This document shows positions 24,753 to 39,300 of a DNA stretch of 64,000 nucleotides, in pieces. This DNA is from Paragordius varius (Eukaryota; Animalia; Nematomorpha). Position 1 is the first letter of the stretch. Each line of letters starts with the position of its first letter. The notes beneath the pieces are model-generated. The model was not told the DNA's origin, did no database searches, and saw only the letters and a program-made list of their open reading frames with translations. Made by a program: the position numbers and the translations under genes. The stretch is from NCBI GenBank assembly GCA_964247055.1, contig OZ176053.1:1426001-1490000 (forward strand), written 5' to 3'.

Positions 24753-26981
24753 TATTTGGTTAAAAATTTTGTATTGAGATAATATTTAGGGAAAATGCAG
24801 CAAGTTAAAATAGAGCAATTGGTAGAGTTCTCTCTTCTAATTAGGATAATTTATAACAATTTTATGTGTGGAAATTGAGCTATTTTTTAAAGAAATTTTA
24901 TTATGCGCACTAACAGTTCAAAGACTAAATCAATTCGTCTAATTAAATTATATATTAACATCTCTTTAACTCTTATTTTATTAAAGTTTCCATATCTAAT
25001 TATTACAAAAATAGTTATTTATGATTTAAATGAACAAGAAAAAAATGTTTAATTATATTTTTAAGAAGTATCCCGATATTCTAATACCGTGTTGTCCTTT
25101 TAAATAATGTCGTAGGGTTTCATATATATATAGTGTCCACAAAAAAATATCCTGATGAATTTATTCTGTTAGTAACACTTATCAGGATTATCTTGATGCT
25201 TTTGATTTTGACCGTTACGAATGATATAAGAATATTATTCATTTAGTAGTAATTCTTCATTTTAAAAATGAAAATATTTGCGCACATTTTTTAATTCAAA
25301 CTTTTTTGGCGAATGCTTGCTTCATTCCAAAAAAAGGCCGAAAAATGTCATAAACTATATTTAAGAACATTTTAATTAAATATTTTTTTTCTAAGTATAA
25401 GCTCCGAAAGTCCTAATTCGCCTCTAACTAGTTTTAAAAATAATCGTTAAAAAATCAAAGGTTTTTCCTGAAAAAATGGATATTTTGTTTAAAAATTTAA
25501 TTTATAGCAAATTTTTTGAAGCCTATTCATCCTAATTTAAGGGACGATGGAAACGGTATAAAACGCTTAAGATTCTATAAAAACACATTTTCTATATAAT
25601 TTGATGAAGCTGATCATTTCCATCACCTCAGAATTTTAATTAATTCGTTTGTCCTAATATTTAAATATAATTTTTAGAAAATTTCATCCAAGTTTTGATA
25701 TCAAACGAACCTCTTAATCATTCTGGGTGATAAAAATGTTCAGAATCATAGAATTATTAAGTAAAAAAGTTTTTATAATATCTTAAAGCTTTTTTTATTT
25801 TTTCCATCATGCTTCAAAAAAATAGTTACCCTTTCACAAAATTTACTATCTAAATTATCCTTTATAAAAACTTACTGTCAAAATTTAGCATATATTTAAA
25901 CTTTTATGCGCAATAAGAGAACACACCCATTTTAAAAGTAAAAAAATTTGAGACTTTTGGACTCCAGAACTAAAAAGTAAAAATATTCAAAAATTTTGTT
26001 TTTTTTCATATGTTTTTAGTTTTGAAGGAAGCATTTAGCTATTATTAAAAAATTTTATTGAACAAAATGCGGGCGAATTTCGCCCTTTTGTGGAGCTGTT
26101 ACCATAAAAGTATATATAACTTTCTTAACACTTGGATATAACATACTCATTTCAGTCCTCAGATCAAATTGGGGTCCCCAGGCTTGTTTAAAATCAAATA
26201 CTAAAAATATGGAGGCAAATTGAAACTATTGCAAAATTAGGCCTTATATAACATTGATGCACCTAATATATAAATATATTTTAATAAATTGATAATACTT
26301 ATAGCTAAATCTAAAAAAATTTAGTCAACATGACATGTGAACATTGGCGAAATGTATAAATAATGCAAAATAAACCATTTCTCTTCATATCAATATTAAA
26401 TATGATTTGACAAATTGGCTTCATTTTTAGCGTTAGAGTATTGATCTCGATTTGCAAAAATATTGTAAAATAAAAATTGCAGTGAAGCAGCTTGATATGT
26501 TGAATTCAAAACTAAATTTTTTGGCTATAATCATTAGGATAGAAGCATAAATTTAAATGAAGTCGTTTATTTCAGTAGTTTATAAAAAATCAACTTTAAT
26601 ATAGTCTGGGGTCTCAACCCCAATTAAAGCACCATGATAATCCTGATACATTTATCTATCAAAATATATATATTTCATTGATATGTTTTTTATACATCCC
26701 GATTCAGGACGCAATGTATGTTAAAAAATATTAAAAACTAGATTCTAATTTAAAATGTTTTTAATTTAGCGACTGTTAAATCGAAGTGCGAGAATAAAAT
26801 TACACAAACCACTTCAACACAATCGACAAGCGAGCCTCCAAATACTACACCATATATATTAACGGAAAGCACAACTTTGGAAGATTGTTCCCCAACTATG
26901 TCATCTCCACCTGAAACAAATACTCTTGAAAATTAAATATAATAAATAAATATTTCTATTAGAAAATTTTATTTTAACCAC

Positions 26982-29038
26982 ATGATTCAATCTGTGTTTG
27001 CTAAAATTGCAAGTTTATTCGGATCAGAAATGACTTCTGATAATACAGATTTTGTGGAAACGGTTAAAAGATATATAGATGCAAATAAAGTTATGGTGTT
27101 TTCCAAATCATATTGTCCCTACTGTCATAGAGTAAGAATTGTTATTTGTTTATGTTTAGGCTAAAAATTATTTTGATCAAAATAAAATACCTTATGAACA
27201 TGTAGAATTGGATGAAAGAGGTATACTAATTGTTATTTTCATTTTCATTATAGTAAATATTTTTATGTTTGATAAGATATAATATTCGTTAGAATTAAAC
27301 TTTCATCTAAAATTGAGAATTTTTACCATTCGAAATACATGTATTTATTTTGGTGATTAATTAAAGATTAAAGGTGACATTAGATTTTTTCATTTACCAG
27401 TTGGATGTGCGAAATCTACAATAGGTAAACCAGTTTGCCGGATTTTTAGCTTTTCATCATCAACATCATAAAGGGTAGGACTCTAGATTCGGAGTTTTCG
27501 TACCACGAAGTAATTCATATTTAAAAATTCGTGGTAATCTAAGGCGAATTTTTACGTAACACGTGCCCTTGTTTGCAACTAATGATTTTACAAATCATTA
27601 AAATTTGGCCTTTGCCGTTAACGCAATTTCATGCCCCAGACAACTCCGCGGGGAGGTGGCAATAGGACTTTTTTGTATTTAATTTTTTTGGTTTCTAAGG
27701 AGGGATCAATGGCTTCTTTTATCTATAATTATTTTTTAAAATAACGTTAAACTCAATTGTATTTATCACAAAATCTATATAATTATTTTTGCTTTTCGAG
27801 TCATTATATGTGTAAAATTGTTAGAGGCATAATTGTACATCATTTTGAGGTTAATAGAATTTTTTTCCTTTTTGCAGTAATGGGGCTGATCATATTGCGA
27901 CGCAAATTTTTATTTAATTGATTAATAAAATATATTTTCTTTAAAGAAATCCATGACACATTTATAACTTTCACATTTTATGTTAAGAAAGAAAAACACC
28001 CTGAATTAAATTAATTAATTATAGTAGATAATAATTTTGTTTATAAAGAAAACCTATTAAATAAAAAAGGATGGTTTAAGGTTAAAAAATATTTAATTTG
28101 AATGAATAATAGTAAAATGTGTCTGGTAAAATGCGGTCTTTAATTATTTAGAATACATTATTTTTTATAATACATAACTGGACCTCACTTTATTTTTAAA
28201 ACGATTAATAAGGTAAAAATTCTAATTATTATATAATGGTGTATTCAAGTTTATGTTAATTTGCACAGTTTTTTATAATTCTTTAATGCGACATATTATG
28301 CTAAAACTAAGCAAGGTCATTTTGTTTTTTTACTATGTATAAATGGTTCCATTAGTAAATTTGGCCATGTTTCATACTATCAATAACTAAATAATTTTTT
28401 TGCTGGATTTTCACATAACAAATATAATAACTTAAAAAACTAAAGAAGAATTATAATATTAAGTAGTATTTTTTAGTTGCAATTATATAATAAGTAATTC
28501 CTCATTAACTTGTAATAATCTTAGCGTCGTGAGCTTACTTTGGATATAGTTCAATATGATAAATTTTACGAGAATCGAAATTATTATTTTAATTTTTATA
28601 TTTGTATCATTTTTATATCAATCATAAAAATACGGTCTTAAACAACAAAACTTAAATGAGATAACTTCTGTCATATATAAACCACGATTGTATTAAAGTC
28701 AGGAAATTTTTATATACAATATAATTAAACCCTTATAAAAAGTACGTGTTCTTTACTTTGTAATCATGATCAAAAAAAAATTTTATTTATTAAGTCTATC
28801 TTATATTTTAATACCCATAGCTGATGGTTCAAAATTACAATCGGCCCTATTAACATTAACGCATCAAAAAACAGTTCCCAACATTTTTATAAATGGAGTC
28901 CATGTCGGTGGTTGCGATGATTTGTTTAAAGTCATCAAAGAGGATAAATTAAAGGACTTGCTCGATAAAGGGGTTAGCGTTAATCAAACTCCTTTTGACG
29001 ATGAAAATACTGGGGGCGATGAAATTATTACAAAATAA
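26982..29038 (+). CDS. Dithiol glutaredoxin (Grx2-like), 3 exons, 142 aa
   Basis: Exons 26982-27131, 27160-27220, 28821-29038. VMVFSKSYCPYC active site, TVPNIFING cis-Pro motif, GGCDD motif. Confidence 0.93.
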
Positions 29039-29160
29039 ATGAATATTTATACAGTCAAACCTCTATTTCTGTGAAAAACACGGGACCACACACATGAAAA
29101 AATTGTAGTTTTAAATTTTAAATATTATAAATAAAATTGGGACAAATAAATTTTAAAATA

Positions 29161-29337
29161 CAGTATGCAGTTTAATGGTTGCTATTTCACTCTATAGTTG
29201 GACAATTTGCAACACAATAGCATATAGAAAAAGAAAGAAAATTTTTTATTCTACACTTTGTTGTTTTTTCCATACACTACTGTGTTGCAAATTGCCCAAC
29301 TATAGTGTAAAATAAGCAACCATTAAAATTTATACTG
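29161..29337. mobile_element. Tc1/mariner-type palindromic MITE (CAGTATGC family, copy 2, opposite orientation)
   Basis: TA|CAGTATGCAGTTTAATGGTTGC ... GCAACCATTAAAATTTATACTG|TA; internal sequence is the reverse complement of 10113-10284. Confidence 0.85.
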
Positions 29338-30188
29338 TATATAAACGGTTCAATTATGATAAAGCATCTTTATAAAATATATTCGATTATTTATACACTT
29401 TATGCATATTTTGTAAAAATATAAATGCTATAAAAAACATTTTTTAAGAAATAGCTAAGAAAGTTCTTATAGCTTATTCACTGTATATGATCAAATATTT
29501 ATTTCATGTTTAATTTATAAAAATTAAATTTATTTGAATTTGCATAACAATGTAGTATGTATATGAATGTATATAAAAATGATAAAAAATCAAAATGGTT
29601 TAATATATAAAATGGCTAAAATAAAAATAAATGTGAATATAATGCAAAGTTATCATTATCACATAAAATGTTGTTAAACCAAATATTTGAGTTTAATGTT
29701 AACGTGGAAGATTTTTATTGGGTTTTAAATGCCAAAATAAGAGTAAGTGAGGATTTAAACACTTGTTTGAGATGGCACATTTTATGGTCCATATAGTAAA
29801 GAAGTAGAAAGAATAATTAAAAATTTTTAACAAAAAATATATTGTAAATTTTTTAAAGCCAAAAAAACTAAAATATGGCGCAAGTATGTCTCTTTTCAAA
29901 AATGTATTATTGTTTTTTGCATTATTTGAAGTTATATTAAAATTAATTAAATATATATATATATATATGCGTATGATTAACATAAATGCATATGACAAAT
30001 ATATCTGCCAAAGGATATTTGAATATGTAATTATAAAATAGCTTCATATAATCTTATAAAAAATGCATAAAAAATTATGGATAAAAAGGGAGAGATTACA
30101 GTTTTTGAGATATGATTGGTGTGATTCAAATTTTATCAAAAAAAATCCATAAAATTATTTTATTAAAAATAAAATGGAAAAATAAAAT

Positions 30189-33100
30189 TTAAGGATTGCA
30201 CGTCCTATACATAACGGCTTTATCATTGATTTGAGGCAAATAGGTACGCATTAGGCCTGTAAGATGAGCAACTTCGGCAGTCAAATTTTTGTATTTAGCA
30301 TCTTGATCTATCAAATTACTTTCAATATCTATGGAGAAATAAAACATATTAATTATGAATCCAAATAATTATAAATGAAAAAATTGTATGATTTTAATTA
30401 TATGAAAAATTTAGTTTGGTGTAATTATCTTAAAATATTTACTAAAATTATTCAAAACAATTTCTACAGTTAAAAAACGCAGTATTTTGATTTGAATACA
30501 GAGTTGATTTGTGATCAACTTGATAATTTAATTCTATAAAATGTGTATAAAAATTAAAACTGTTGCAAACTTGAACAATTTTTTAATTAAAAAATATTTG
30601 ACGAATGAAACTTATATATATTTATAGTTTTATTTTTTTAAAATAATAAACTCAAAAAGCTATAAATTGAATATATTAGTCTAAAATCCTAGCTAAATTC
30701 GCTCTGTGGAATTAAAGGTATTAAAACCATAATATAAAATAGCCTAATTAAATAAAAGCATAATATATGTACCTTGGATAGCTTTCAATTTAGCCAATGT
30801 GTTTTGTGTAAGGGCTTGAGCCTTGAGTTTTAGGGCGTGCGCCTGGGCAGCCAATTCGTTATCTTCTTTCATTTCATCTGAAACTTTGTCAGAGGCTACT
30901 TTGTATTGCATTTTGAGTTGAATTAATGCCTATTTAAGAGTAATTGAATGTAAATAAATTCCATAGAAAAGTTATAAGTAATTAACCCATCTTTTTAAGT
31001 AACAAATCAAAAAGTGTTATAATCTCGATTATCTCACCGTTCAATTTATAAATGTACAATAAAAATTAAAATTATACGGACAAAACTTAAAAATAAAAAG
31101 ACCAATATTTTTTTTAAAAGACAACCATAATTTTTAATCTTGATTAATTTATATTTAACTCATTGTTTTTAATTTTCAAAGTATAAAATAGAACGATATA
31201 TTGGTAACCTAATCAATTATATATTTAGGCTAGTTATTAAGTGTTTTATCACGATTAATTTAGCTTTGAAAATCTATGGTTGTCTTTTGGAAAAAATATT
31301 TTTCTTTATTACGTTTTGCCCGTATTCAATTTTAACTGTAATACACTTGAGGCAACGTTTCAATCTAGTTTAAAAAGGGAAATAATTGAAAGCAAATTCC
31401 ATAGAAAAGTTATTAAGTAATAATTTGACAAAATGCGAGGTTTAGGTCGACAATTTTTTTCTAATATTTATTCCGCGAATAAAAACGACTACTAAACCAT
31501 CTTAATAAGCAACAAATCAGAGGTATTTAATTTTTTGATTATCTCAACATTCAAATTTGTAATACATTACATGCAACGCTTTAATTTAGGTCAAAAAGGT
31601 AAATCCAGTAAAAGAAATCAATAAAACTACGGGTTCCAAAAATTTGGAACCGGAATCTAATTGATTTAAAAAATTGTAAAATAGATCTGCAGCGGCCCTA
31701 AAAATGCCAAACTAATATCGAGTAGTGGTCTTAGGCCTTAGTATATAAATTCTTAATTATTTACTTTTCTAGCTTGCGCATTGAGTGCATCAGTTTGTGC
31801 TGATTGTTTCCCGGCCGAATTAACGTTTAGTCCGGTTTTAGTGATGAGTGCTTTGGCCATTTTCAACCGTTGTTTGAGTTCTTCTATCCGTGAAACAGAA
31901 TGTTCCAAAGTCTTTTGTGATGGATCCATATCCTTCGAGATCTATCATTACGCAAATAAAATTTATGAAATAAATTTGGGGTACTAAAGATTCCTGTATT
32001 GTGTATCACAGTATATAGGGGTGGTTAAAATAGATGTAATGTAAAAAAGGTTTGTGTTTTATTCAAATTATGTTAAAAAAACTTAGATACTGCATTAAAA
32101 AACGATTATAGGGCGCAAAACAGCATTTACAAATTTTTGTTCCGAAATAACCGTAAAATTATTTAAACCTATGATATATATTTTTCAATCTTAAGCCTAG
32201 ACGTTATTAAAAATATTTTGTGTGATTTCAGATTCAACAACTCCAAACTATATTAATGTTTGCTTTTGCCCTAGTAATCTCATAAACAATCTAATTTAAA
32301 AGAAAGGCAAAAAACCCTTTCTCTATCATCCCTTTAAAAAATAAAAAAAATTGCAAGATTTTATCGAATCAATCTCTCAGATAGTTTCCCAATACAACTC
32401 AATACTATATTACTGTATGATTTCACCCTTTTTTTATCTTATATACCAATGAATCTATATAACCAAAAAAATAGGAAAATATCTATATTTTTATATAATA
32501 ACCAAATATTCTTTTTGCTCTCGTTTGCAAATATTTTAAGGTATTACCGTTTTAATCTTATATTTCAATCATATAATCTCTATCCGACCACCCTTTAGAA
32601 TAAAAACCCATTAAAAATTTAAATATTTTATACCATTTAGAGTTCAAATTCACCCTTGAATTCAAATTCACCCTCGAACAATTCAAATTCACCCTAAAAA
32701 TAAATTATGCGTTTTCGAACTAATATAACTCATTATTAATATGATATATATGTTTATGGTAGAGTTTATTATTTTTTCAGTATTATTTTAATTTAAAACA
32801 AAATTTTTATTTTTGAAAATTATATAAATTATAGGTAATTTTTAATCCTAAAAAAACATATTTTATTTGAGGGTGAATTTGAATTGTTCGAGGTTTGATT
32901 TGTTCAAGGGCGAATTTGAATTGTTTAAGGGTGAAATTGAATAGTAAATGGTATATATAATCCAAGTATATATATAATATACCGCATCAATCTTTTGGCT
33001 CGTTTCCGCAATATGGGCCGTTATATTAGCAAGGAGGGTGGTAGCTCTATCCATAGCAAGCTTACTGGCATTCAAGTCTTGTTTCACGTTTTGCGCCATG

Positions 33101-33332
33101 GCCAAGATGGTGTTGGCATGTTCATTAGCTTTGGCAGCTTTGGCATTAAGATCGCGGGCTTCATCAACATCCCGCTGCGTATCAGCAAGTATGCGATCAA
33201 TTTGTGTTAAACTAGCTATGGTACGATTAATTTCCCCTGCCAGGCTATTTATATCGCGTGGTGTTAGGGATATGTTCATGGCCAAGATCTAGGGTATATA
33301 TGCATGGTGATATGTGTTTTATATGTGTGGAA

Positions 33333-33363
<31 letters not shown>

Positions 33364-36300
33364 CATTGTGAAAAAATTATGTCTAAAATATCACTATATA
33401 AAATCATATTCTATTTCATAAGGTTTTTATCGTCCATCATAGTTTTATTTACTTAAGAATAGAGATTTAAACTATTCTTGCCACGCTTAAAGCGAGAAAT
33501 ATATAGATCATTTATACCTACCATATTAAATTGGTAAAAAATCATAAAAAAACAAATTATATTTTTTGACTTCTTTATATGGGCATTAAAAGCATTAAAG
33601 ATACCTCTTTGGCCATATTTTCGACATATTGTGGCGTTATATTTTTGTTCATGATAAAGGATTCGGTTTCATTCTTAACCAAAGCTAATTGATCAATCAG
33701 GGATTGTGAGGAATTTAATGCTTGCCAAGCTTTATCATACGCCTTTTCCGAGATTTCTAATGACTGTTTGCTACCCATTTCGGCTTTTTCCACCTTTGTA
33801 ATGTAAGTTAATTATTATACACACACACATACAATATATATACAAAATATGTTAAAAATTAAAATTTTAAACTTTTTTTGGTTTTATCATTGAAATTTTG
33901 TGAAACTAGATGGATATTCTTTATAACAAATTCTAGAAAATAAGTAATATCTTTCATTGTCTCTACACTAAAATAATTATCTTTAAATTAAAAATCTCTC
34001 TTTTGTATTCAAAGTTTTTAATACAATTTGCATCATAATATTCAAATTTATTGCATTTATTTTTGATAACTTAATATAGTTAACTTGTCAACAAAAAAAA
34101 TTTCTTTTGACTTAAACGAATACTCACATTGTTAAGTAAAGTCCGAGCTTGATCTTGTTTGCTTTCAAGGAGGATTTGCGTTTCCTTAATCAATTCAAGT
34201 GCTTTATGGGCTTTGTTCAAGGCTCCATTATCACAAGTGGTTGGACCTCCGCAAAGAATAACGCCCTTATCGGTGGAACAACCCGCCCCTCCACATACAG
34301 GGTCACATGGTCGCACTTTACCATCACATATCTATGGGATTATGATAATAATTTTATGTGGATAATCTTTTATTAATTGTTTAATCAGTTCTCTAACGTG
34401 CGCAAACTGTGAAACAAATGCCTTTATGATTTTAAATTGAAATTTGTAGTAAAAGGGAATATGGAGTTAATACAAGAGCCATATTAGATTAGTGTGATAA
34501 AATTTAATACATCAATTAAACATTAAGTCTCGAAAATTTGGACTATAAATGGGTGCATTCCATAGTTACGATTTTGTATATTATTAGGAATCATATAAAA
34601 AAGATGCAAAAAAAGTTACGAAACATTATTATACCTAATTATACTTATTGATTAAATTGTAAGCAAAATAAAACATATCTGGGAGGTAATATTAATAAGC
34701 TTACTTTTTTTATGATCGTTAAAAGTTTTGTATTTGAATATTAAACAGAAACCATTTTCTAATTTATGTTGATGAAAATAAATATAACATATAATCCGTA
34801 TTTTTAAATAATTCGCATTTTCCCATAAGTTTAATACTTTGATTTCATTCTATATAAATAATTCCTTTTTAACGATAAATTAATAAACTATCAATTTTTG
34901 TAAAAAGAATTATGGATAACTCGTGATAGATATATATTGAATATATCAATTTTCAAATATGCTAAATATGTCTTTATCGTAATTACTGACCATACCAAGC
35001 CTTCATTTTTCATGGAGGTCATTTCCGTTTCCAATTTAACCAAAATTTGTTGATTAGCCTTTACGGTTTCATCTATGCGATCTTTATTACTTGCCAGTAA
35101 TTGTTCAACATTTTGACGCATAGCACGTGATTCATTAGCCGTCCTAATTGCGCTCGTGACATTCTGTTTAAGTTGTTGAGTTTTACCCCAACTTTCACGT
35201 ATGATGGTGAATGCACCTGTATAAAAGGGGACGTTTGAAATATTTTGATTGACAAAAAAAAATTAATTTTTTAAGGGGCGGAAACAAATAACTTTTGAGC
35301 AAAACGTTTTAAAAATGAAAGCATAATAATTTATAATATGTTACATTCGATATTTTGCACATCATACGTTTTTGCATTAACATTTCAAAACCTTATTTAT
35401 ATAACGAATGTGGAAAAAATTTTTTTTAAATTATTATTTTTATATATATAAAATATCCTTTAAAAATTAAAGAGTATATACAAAATGAGACTTATATAAA
35501 TAAAACTAAGCTCTTTTTGCATCATAATCATGATTAATCAATATTTTACCAAAAAAAACTTTTCCACAAGATGCATAACTTGAAATTTATGTATTCAGCT
35601 AAATTTCTTAATAAATTTAAAGTTTATTTATATAAAGACTAAAGCACAACCTTCAAGATCAGCCTCTTGTAACCGTGTCGTATTTTCTTCCAAAGCCTTG
35701 GTTTGGTTCCGTAATATTTGTGTTGCGGATTGAATGTCGGTTAATTTGGCCATAGAATCCGTTATGCGTTTATTAACATTGGCATGGATATCAATGAGAC
35801 TTTCTAGTTCATCCGAGCGCTGAGATAATTTTTTCCTAGATTTTTACCGTATTAATAGATATAAACACGCGAATGATATCATTGTAAAATGCAAATTATA
35901 CAGTAATTTGTTTAGCCTAATGCAAAAACCAATCTTTTTTTATCGAGGGCAACTTAAAAAGTATATATTGTTGATTTGATTATCAATCAATCATATAATT
36001 TAGTGTTTTATAAGATAAAATTAAATATGGCGTATAATCATCAATCCCATATTCCACCAAATGTTGTGTATTTCCAATCCTATTGTTACATATTAAAAAG
36101 TAAAGATTTAACTTTGCCTACCTTAAAATAAAAATACAATTTTTATTGTAGCCATTTATATACTTTGGCATAACTGTCAACAAATTCATTTAAAAACTTA
36201 TCCGCTTGTTTATACCGTTTTTATTAATTACACTAAAAGTTGAATTTTTAAATTATCAAATATATGCTTGTTTTAAATCCAAAATGTACCTTAAATCTTC

Positions 36301-39300
36301 AATTTGGTTTGATATAGTGTTAAGATCTTGCGTCGTTAAATTTGCCTTTCTAAGTGTATCATCAATAGCTTTTATTTTATTGTTGAGCCCTTTAAAGCTT
36401 TCTGCATAATTTGAGGCTATACCCGTATCTTTGATTTGAGCAGCCTTTTCAGCCAGAGAATTGGTTTCAGCTATTAAAAAAAGAAGTCAAAAAGTTATAG
36501 TTTAGAAAAAAATCATCCTTTTTATTGTCAAAAAATAATTGTTTATAAAAAATATATGTTTTAACATTTTATTTTTGCTTTTAAAGTGATATATAAATTA
36601 CCGTAAAATTTTATATCTATTTTTGTATACACAGTCGCTAATATTTATATAAAATATATCTTATTTATTTTAAAATTCATAAAATATTACCGTACAATAT
36701 ATCTATTTTTATATAAACAGTCGCTAATACTTATATAAAATAATCTTAATTATTTATTCCATACTCCATAATACAATAACAGAAAAATAAGGACATAATA
36801 TAGTGGATTTTACCCAAAAAATATTTTTATTGACCACTCTTTATAGTAAAATAAAAATGTTTTTATATTCTAACTTTAAGCCTTTTTTAGATTTTCCAAG
36901 ATTTTAATAATTAACCAAATCTTTAAATAATTCTTGACTAAAAAATATTAAATTCACCAACTTAAATAGGAAATTAATAAAAAAACATAATGATATTACA
37001 ATAATAGTTTAAATTATACGGACAAAACGTAAAAATTTGAAGACAAATATTTTTTTTTCAAAACACCGCTGTACTTTTTTAAATACAACTCATTGTTTTT
37101 AATTGCAAAAAGGAAATAGAGATGTAAATATGTAACACACAATCAATTTTGTAATTTACGATTGTAATTAAATAATTTATATGGGGAAATTAAAAGTTGG
37201 TTGTCTTTTAGTAAAAAATATTTGTCCGTATAATTTTAATGTGTATTGTACTCAAAAGTTGTTGTATAGCTTTATCCCAATCATTGAAACATTGTCCACA
37301 TTCACGACAAGCCGGAACTTGTCCAATCGTCCCTCGGGCGCACATATCACACTTTATGCCTGTAATGCCAGGTCGACAAGCACATTTCCCCGTTTTCCGA
37401 TCACATTGGTAAGAGGTTGAACCACGGGAATCACAAGAACATTCTAGAAAGAATGGTTTTTAAAATGTATATGGCTAAATAGTAAAGATGGGTGCGTTTT
37501 TATTTAGTAAAAAATTGATGAATATGATTAAAAGAGTGAATAATATCGCTTGAAAATTAATAATTTTTAATTAAATAAAGACGCATAAGTCTTTAACCAT
37601 TTAATTATTAGTAATAATGCGTTTCGCTCATTTATTACATGTACATATATGTGATTCGCTATAGGTTTATATTAGGAAATTGCATATAAAATAAAATTTG
37701 TTTTTACTCAACACATATAAAATACAAAATTGGATATCATAGGTATTATTAGTGAAAAATTATGTAACAAATTTACATTGTAAATTAAATATAAAGGAAA
37801 AGTATTTAGGTACTTGTTTTTTTATTTAAATATATGGTTAATACGTTCATAAATTATTTTCAATTCTCTATTCCATAATTACAAATATTTTTTGACGCGT
37901 TATTATAATTTTTTTGAGCACCCCGCAATATTTATGGGGAAATATTAGGTATAAAAATTCTTTTTTGCCAGAAAAAAACCCAAATGCCGCTAAAATATTG
38001 CATGAAGAGTTATGAAAAATCACTCGGTGAAACTACTAGCCAAATCCAGTAGACCCCATACCACATGGCTTAATACAATAACAAAAGATCTAGAATCGCT
38101 TAATTTAAAGCTAGAATTGGTTAGATCAAGAAAAGATGGGGAAAAAAATAACGGATGTACCGCCATTTAATGGCGAATCCCCATACAAATTATGATGAAT
38201 GTACTATCATCATTTTAAACCAAGGAGCGCAAACTAAAAAAGGACTTACGATAACATTTAACGTTAGGATCACCCCAATGATTATCTTCACAATCACAGC
38301 ATGTGCGACCGCCGAAACCTGGTTTACACGTACATTGTCCACTGATTTGATTGCATTGCGGACCGCTAAGGGATGAGGCCAGGCAACATGAACACGGTTC
38401 ACAACCTCGACCTGAAGCTAAATTCCAATGATTAGGAGCGCACGTGTCACAAGCCAACCCAGTGACATTGGGTAAACATGGGCATTGACCTGTCCAAATG
38501 AATGAAAAAATGTAAATATTAGATTAAATAAAAAGTGTCATAGATAAAAAGATTTGTCGTTAAAATATATTAGGTAATAGTAGTATTATTTAACACGGGA
38601 ATGTCCAAAACACTTTTTTTTGGTACGCAAAAATGCTAAAAAGTTAAAAAATAAAGAAATGGATTTTAATTAAAAATATACCATTATTATGAAGCTATCT
38701 CATCCAAAATTGGCCTTATGATAAATAAAAACCACAAATTATCAAAGCAGCTGCGAAGATATTTGTAATACCCCCCTGATTTAAAAGTTTACATAAAAGA
38801 AAAAAAACCGTAAAATTGGCATTTTGTGTGTACTATTTTAATTTTTAATACAACACTTACGCACCTTCTTTTTTTCTATTTTTCATTCTTTTTACAATTA
38901 TAATATAATCTCAGAATTCGAAGTAAAAACTAAAATAAAACCCATTATATGATATATTTTTTTACCTGTAACACTATCACAAACATACACGGGTAACATT
39001 AATTTAGCAAATGTAGGTTCTTCTTCTCGTTGCTGAGATCGTGTTGCATAGTATTGTTGATAATTGGCATATTGTGGTTGATTTGAGGTCGGAATAGAAG
39101 ATATATTTCGACGTGTCATATAAGAGGTAGGACCGCTTTGAGATATGGTATTGGCTTGTCTTTGATACTGAATTATACTACTTATTTCATCATAATTGGG
39201 ATTAATTAGGTAATTATTATTGGTATTTATTGGTGTCGGCGCATCGCCATCGGTTAAGATTGGATTCATTTGGAATTGGATTTGTTGTTTATTATTGCCA

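Noticed and set aside
26982-29038. N-terminus of a thioredoxin-glutathione reductase or a selenoprotein
   Set aside because: The frame ends at TAA with no in-frame TGA, and no GxGxxG reductase exons occur before the laminin 3' end.
20822-33360. (AT)n runs near 20822 and 33334
   Set aside because: Ordinary microsatellites in an AT-rich genome.
33590-33604. U12-type intron (GTATCTTT donor)
   Set aside because: Mismatch to GTATCCTT and no TCCTTAAC branch site near the acceptor at 33289.
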